Source of the DNA: Heteronotia binoei
Taxonomy: Eukaryota
Direction: 5' to 3'
Length of the DNA: 64,000 nt
Assembly (NCBI RefSeq): GCF_032191835.1
Contig: NC_083223.1
Coordinates: 250,666,001-250,730,000, forward strand
Shown here piece by piece: positions 58,627-64,000 of the stretch. Both the position numbers and the translations under genes were made by a program. Position 1 is the first letter of the stretch, and each line of letters starts with the position of its first letter. Below the pieces are notes generated by a model, which saw only the letters and a list, made by a program, of their open reading frames with translations, was not told the DNA's origin and did not search any database.

Positions 58627-59089
58627 TGTTGGTACAAAAAAAAAAAAGTTAGTGGGTAAAATGTCTACAGTGTTCTAAAATGTTTGCGTGCAATATCGCT
58701 TAAAGCTGTACACCTATTTATAAGGTAGGCCACTATCAGTAATAAATTATAACCCCCAAAAGTATCTAGGAATGCTGAAAGAATGTAAGAATTGTTGGAT
58801 CAGACCAGTGGTACATTTTCTAGTCCAGCATCTTGTTCCACACAGAGGTAAGGCAAAGAAACAGGGTGTAGAGGTCAAGACTTTCCCCTGAAGTTGCCTT
58901 CCATTGCTGGTATTCAGAGTTTTACTGCTCCTAAACTTGGAAAGTATCTCTTTAGAGATGTCCCATGACTGAGAGTGTTCATAAGTGCAAGGTGATGCAT
59001 AATGAAACAAAAAAAAAAAATCCTAACTTTAAATATATGCCGTAGGTTTCTGAACTGACTAAGATCAAAAGCTGTAAAAAGTACAGAAG

Positions 59090-59665
59090 GGGGCAATGAA
59101 GACGATCAAGGGACTGGAGCATCTTTCCTTTGAGGAAAGGCCAAAGAGTCTGGAACTTTTTACGTTAGAAAAACGATGGCTAAGGGAGGCCACAATAGAG
59201 GTTTATAAAATTATGCATGGCTTGGAGAAAGCAGCCCCCACTCCAGTACTAGAACTCAGGGTGGGGGGTGCACCCAATGCAGTTGATGGCTAATAAGTAC
59301 AGGACCGGCTCAGTGAGTAATTAAATTATGAAATTTGCTGGCTGTGGAGGTAGTGATGGCCACAGGCATAGTGGCTTTGAAAGGGAGATAGGTTCATGGA
59401 GGAGAGGTTCTATCAATGGCTACTATGGGCTCAGATTACAAGCAGAAAGGTACCTGCTGGATATTAGGGGAGGGGGTGGAATTTATAGTCAGAGTAGTTC
59501 AGAGGTGGAACCAGCTGCCTAGGAAGGTGGTGAGCTCCCCTTCATTGGCAGTCTTCAAAACGTGGCTGGATGATTATTTGTCAGAGGTGCTTTAGGTTGA
59601 TCCTGCATGGAGCAGAAGGTTGGACTAGATGGTCTGTATGCCCCCTTCCAATTCTATGATTCTAG
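59090..59665 (+). mobile_element. CR1 fragments in EHBP1L1 intron 1
   Basis: [36 protein letters not shown]; 3' tail CCTTCCAATTCTATGATTCTA. Confidence 0.8.
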
Positions 59666-62600
59666 AAGAAGAATTGCAGATTTATGCCCCGCCCTTCTCT
59701 CTGAATCAGAGACTAAGAGTGGTTTACAATCTCCTATATCTCCTCCTCCACAACAGACACCCTGTGAGGTGGGTGGGGCTGAGATAGCTCTCACAGAAGC
59801 TGCCCTTTCAAGGACAACCTCTGCCAGAGCTATGGCACACTTAACCACTACACCAAACTGGCTCTCTACACCAAACTGATTCTACTAGCCGTGATGTGTA
59901 AAGGGAACCTCCATATTCAGAGGAAGTAAATCTCTGAATCCCAGTTCCATGAGGCAACATCAGGAGATTACTTTGGCCTCTGTGCCTTGTTTGCCGTCTG
60001 GGTCATTTGATGGGAATACTGTGAAATGGCATGCTGGTCTTATCTAGCAGGGCTCTTATATTTTTATGAGGGATTTGGATCTTTGTGGGTTTTGTGGTTG
60101 AAGGTAAAGGCCCATCTTTCTATGTCAATATAGTAAGGAGCAAGGTCTGGGATTGTTATGTATGTACAGAATACCAGGTTGGGGTGGGATCTACATTTTA
60201 GGAAATGGAAGAGGGTAAATGTACATTGGCGATTAATTAGGTAGGTGTGCTAGAAATGCTACCCCAGAGACCTTGGGAGACCTTGGAGTCATGGGATCCT
60301 ACAGGTAGGATTCATAAGCTGCCTTGAGTTCCTGTAAGGTAGACAGTAAATGTTTCAGTTAAATAAATAAGCATGTTGGGGCAAAGGGGCCAAATGCAGA
60401 GTAGCAAATTGGAGAGGAAGATGCTTTGAAGAAGGAAGGTTAGTGTTGGGGAGGTTAGAAATGCAGTTCCCTGCACCCCGATCAATATTATAGGGCAGGG
60501 CCCAAGGTGAACTTTCAGCCAGTTGGTCCCCTCCAGTGGCTGCCAGTATGGATGGATGGCTCGTATCTGTAATGAGGTGTATGTGTGTATGGCTAAAGGG
60601 CCAAAGCTTCTTCTTCATTTTAGGAATTGACAGGAGCCTAATTCTAGCAACTTGAGTGCCATGCCAAGGAACAACTCTGCAGGTAGTCACACAAAACCAG
60701 GAAGTAGAACTAACCAACAAAATGAGTTTATGGCCATCCTCACTACAGATAAAATTGCTTTACAGCATCAGACTTCTGGTCCTGCTGTCCCAGTGTTGTC
60801 TGTGTGCTGGCTGACATCAGTTCCCCAGGGCCTTCAGAGGTTTCCTGCTGCACAGAGGTTTCCTGCTGCCTTCTTCTGTAGAAACTGCATGGAAGCATTT
60901 GTTGGGAGTGGTATAAAAATCTGGCAAATTGGTCTAGCAATGGGCCACTTTCTCCTTTCCATCATAGCTCTTTTCTGGTCCTTTGGAGTGCCCCTGAGAG
61001 TGATCAGTTTGGGCACCCCACCCAGGGAAGGCCAGTGGCATTTGTTCTCCTGCCCCAGTGTGATATGGGTCCATTGAAGATATGTGTCAATGTTAGTTCT
61101 CTGCACATGCTCCAGGACATGTGCTTTTTCTCATGGTTCCAGCGTTTTGCTTGGGTATTGGAAGCTCTGGGCCCAAAGCTTTCATTCACATTAGGGGACA
61201 AAAGAAAACAGAAGGTCTGGAAGGAGTCCTAGTGCACTTCAGGGCTGGACTGGAATAAAATGTATTGCTTTGTTTGTGTGAATGAAAAGAGAGGTGGAGA
61301 AATGCCAAAAGCTCAGTCCTGTGCAGAAGGCAAACCTCTGTCCCGTAAGATCAGATGTAAGCCCGTACTGGAAAAAAGGGGGGTAGGATGTTTGTTTTTG
61401 AGTTCTAAGCAAAAACTGATAGCCAGTTTGGTTAAGAGTGGTGGAATCTAATCTGGAGAATCGGGTTTGATTCCCCACTCCTTCTTCACATGCAGCTGGC
61501 TGGGTGACCCTGGGTCAGTCCCAATTCTTTCAGAGCTGTTCTCTCAAGAGCAATTCTCTCAGAGCTGTCTCAGCTTCACCAACCTCACAGGGTGTGTGTT
61601 GTGGGGACAGAGACACTCAGCATTTTTGGGGCTGAATCCTGGCATTGGAAAATAGGCTCTAAAGCTGAGCACTGACAGACAGTCTGAGCCCTTCTGACAG
61701 GTCTCCTGGGGGTGGGGGAGAGATTGGATTCCCCTTCTCTTTCCCCTTTAACTTTCATATTGAAGCAAGTGGTCCTGTTTTCCTGAGCTCCTTGGCAGAG
61801 TAATTCCAGATGGGTAGCAATAAAATAAGACAGGAGACCTGCAACACCTTAACGACTGTAATAAATTTGATTCGCCTTCAAGATGCTACTGGACTGCTGT
61901 TTTATTTTCCTTGTTAGGGTGAATTCAGAACAGGAAAAGAAAGCATCGATGGGGGAGGGCTATAGAAGTGGATAGAGGAATTGGGGTGGGCCACAGCTGG
62001 TCTAGTAGCAGATGCATGCTAACTGCTTTATTGGGGTGCCAGTGAAACAGCCTATTGTATAAAAGGAAGTATGTCCCCCCAGCTCCTTTGTAGTGTCTCA
62101 GAACACTCAAGATGTGCATGGTCCTGTATCTGCCTTTTGGATTGCGTCATCTGGTTCCCTTGAAAAGGGAGGCAAAGTGTCTTCAGGAGATGTGCAACCC
62201 CCCTCCCCTTGACAGGGCAAGAAGCAACAGCCAGACTTTGGAAGATGGAGATGGAATACTTTCACGAGACAGACGAAGAAGGATGCAATGAGATTCCTCC
62301 CCACCCCCCATTCTGACATGACAAAGACCTTATAAGGGCCTTGAGAAATGATAAATATTTAGTCATTGCAGAAGCTAAAAATGGAAAAGGGAGGGTGAAT
62401 GCTAAGGGGAGTGTATTAGAATACCAGGAGGGCTGAACAATTAAAAGTGTGTGTGTGTGTGCGGTTTATCAGATGGGGGACCCAGCTGAATGAGAACAGA
62501 ACCAGGCCCCTCCGCTCTGGGGGTTCTCTAACTACTGGGCCCTCAGTCTTCCTGCAGTCCATGCCTTTTTCTGTGCTTCAAGCCTCAGCCCCACCCTTCT

Positions 62601-64000
62601 TCTTATGACTTGGCAAGATTTGGCCTTTTCTTGGCAGTACAAAGTGGGGAATGGAGATGGGGTGAGCAGACAGCCAGACAGTGTCCAGTTATTTAAAGAA
62701 AGAAAGAAATACTGAGGTTTAAGCCCATCCTGAAAGCTTTCTATGTGCCCATCTTTGCTTGATAGAAAGCTGAGTAATTGTTGTAAAATAAGTTCTGACG
62801 CTAAATTAAACTCCTGCAAGTAATAGTGTCATAATCCCAGAAATTTACTGTTGACGTGAATCAGCTATGGGTCCATTAGTGCTATGGCTCCTTTCATTGA
62901 GTTTCCTGGTGCCTTTTTACATCGTTGCCAAAGCAAAGAGCCAGTCTTGGCTCTCCTGGACTTCATTGAAGTATGAGGTGCTTCAGAAGACCCCTGGAAG
63001 CATCACCTTTGCATCTGCAGGGAGCTCTTATTTGGAAATAGCTTTCTCTATTGTAGGAGGATACTTGGCTTGGAACCTGCTAACATTTTGTAGAACCTTC
63101 CAGTGTTCTGTGATTGGCCCTTGTAGCAACCATTTTGTTATGGTATCCACAGCCAGCTCCCACAATTGCAAATGAGCCTACTTACAGATTAAACAAGCTC
63201 AGGGATTCACACCATGATTAGAGAGACCCAGGCTGTGGTCACACTCACCATTAAATCCATCCCATACCTGTCGCTATTATACCCCACAGCTTTTTTACAA
63301 TGAATTTCCTGATCAGACATCCCTCCATCCTTCAGTTCTAAGCAGCGTTGGTCCAGTCGCTGGTTGATCAGAGGTCTCAACCGGACCTCATTTTTTGAGA
63401 TGGCATTCCACACTCGCGCAAACGCAGTAGGTGGGATATTGTGCTTGGCTTTTTTTTTTTTTTAAAGGTGCCAGAAAAGGTGGGCGATCTGCCTAGGCTT
63501 CCCAACACTCACGCCCTGGCGGGGGGCCCCAGGATTTCTAGCCTCTTCCCCCGCTCCCCAAAAAAACGGAAGCAGGGGAGGGGGGGAAACGGCGCCAAGG
63601 AGCGTTGCGAGCCGCCCCATCTCGGAGTGGGCGATGCCGCTGCTGCCACCTCTTCTCCACTTCACTGTAGCTGCTCCTCCGAGATCGGCTCAGGCCCGCT
63701 CCGCCTCTGAGGTGAAATCAGAGAAGGGGAGGGTGGAGGGAAGGAAGGCATTTAAAAAGTTGTGAGGTCCCTTTAATTGTGATGGACAGAACTCCCTTTG
63801 GAGTTCAATTGTGCTTGTCATACCCTTGCTCCTGGCTCCACCCCAGTGTCTCCTGGCTCCACCCCCAAAGTCCCCAGATATTTCTGGAATTGGACTTGGC
63901 AACCCTAGATCTGCCCCCCCACCCCCATTTAAACACCCAGAAAGGAAGGGGAAGCCCAGGAGCTCTCTTTGCTGTCTCTCTGCCTGGCAGGGAGACAGCA

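Larger units (their letters stand above)
57750..58630 (+). promoter_or_regulatory. CpG island / promoter of EHBP1L1
   Basis: CpG-dense, with multiple GC boxes around the first exon. Confidence 0.75.

Noticed and set aside
57990-58637. 215-aa ORF on - with an internal repeat
   Set aside because: Antisense to EHBP1L1 exon 1; the peptide repeat merely reflects the 114-bp tandem duplication.
63207-63413. 68-aa minus-strand ORF with protein-like composition
   Set aside because: No recognisable family and no convincing splice sites; a tBLASTn search would be needed to revive it.
63430-63908. CpG-rich segment as an alternative EHBP1L1 promoter
   Set aside because: Ends in TTGGCAACCCTAG and resembles the TAGGGTTGCCA MITE group, so the CpGs are better explained by a young repeat.

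Overview
Squamate reptile genomic DNA, most likely a gecko judging from the SINE and MITE content. Gene order: the last four coding exons of cathepsin W (CTSW, +), then complete BBS1 (17 coding exons, -), complete ZNRD2/SSSCA1 (4 exons, +), complete FAM89B (2 exons, +) and the first coding exon of EHBP1L1 (+). I reconstructed all exons by hand from GT-AG boundaries, and the reading frames are continuous. The rest is densely filled with mobile elements: Sauria/Squam-type tRNA SINEs, 5S-rRNA-derived SINEs, CR1, L2, BovB/RTE and Penelope fragments, and several hAT MITE families with 8-bp target-site duplications (TSDs). The most interesting observations are: (1) a minimal hammerhead ribozyme with an intact core, sense-oriented in the FAM89B intron; (2) palindromic Penelope-type elements with a decayed hammerhead on each strand; (3) a 974-bp TSD-flanked, internally deleted RTE derivative nested in one of these palindromes; (4) a hairpin supplying AATAAA on both strands between the convergent CTSW and BBS1; (5) RFX X-boxes at BBS1 and ZNRD2 and a CArG box at FAM89B. 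Gene and repeat-family names rest on remembered sequences, not on database searches. Repeat boundaries are approximate unless a TSD is given.
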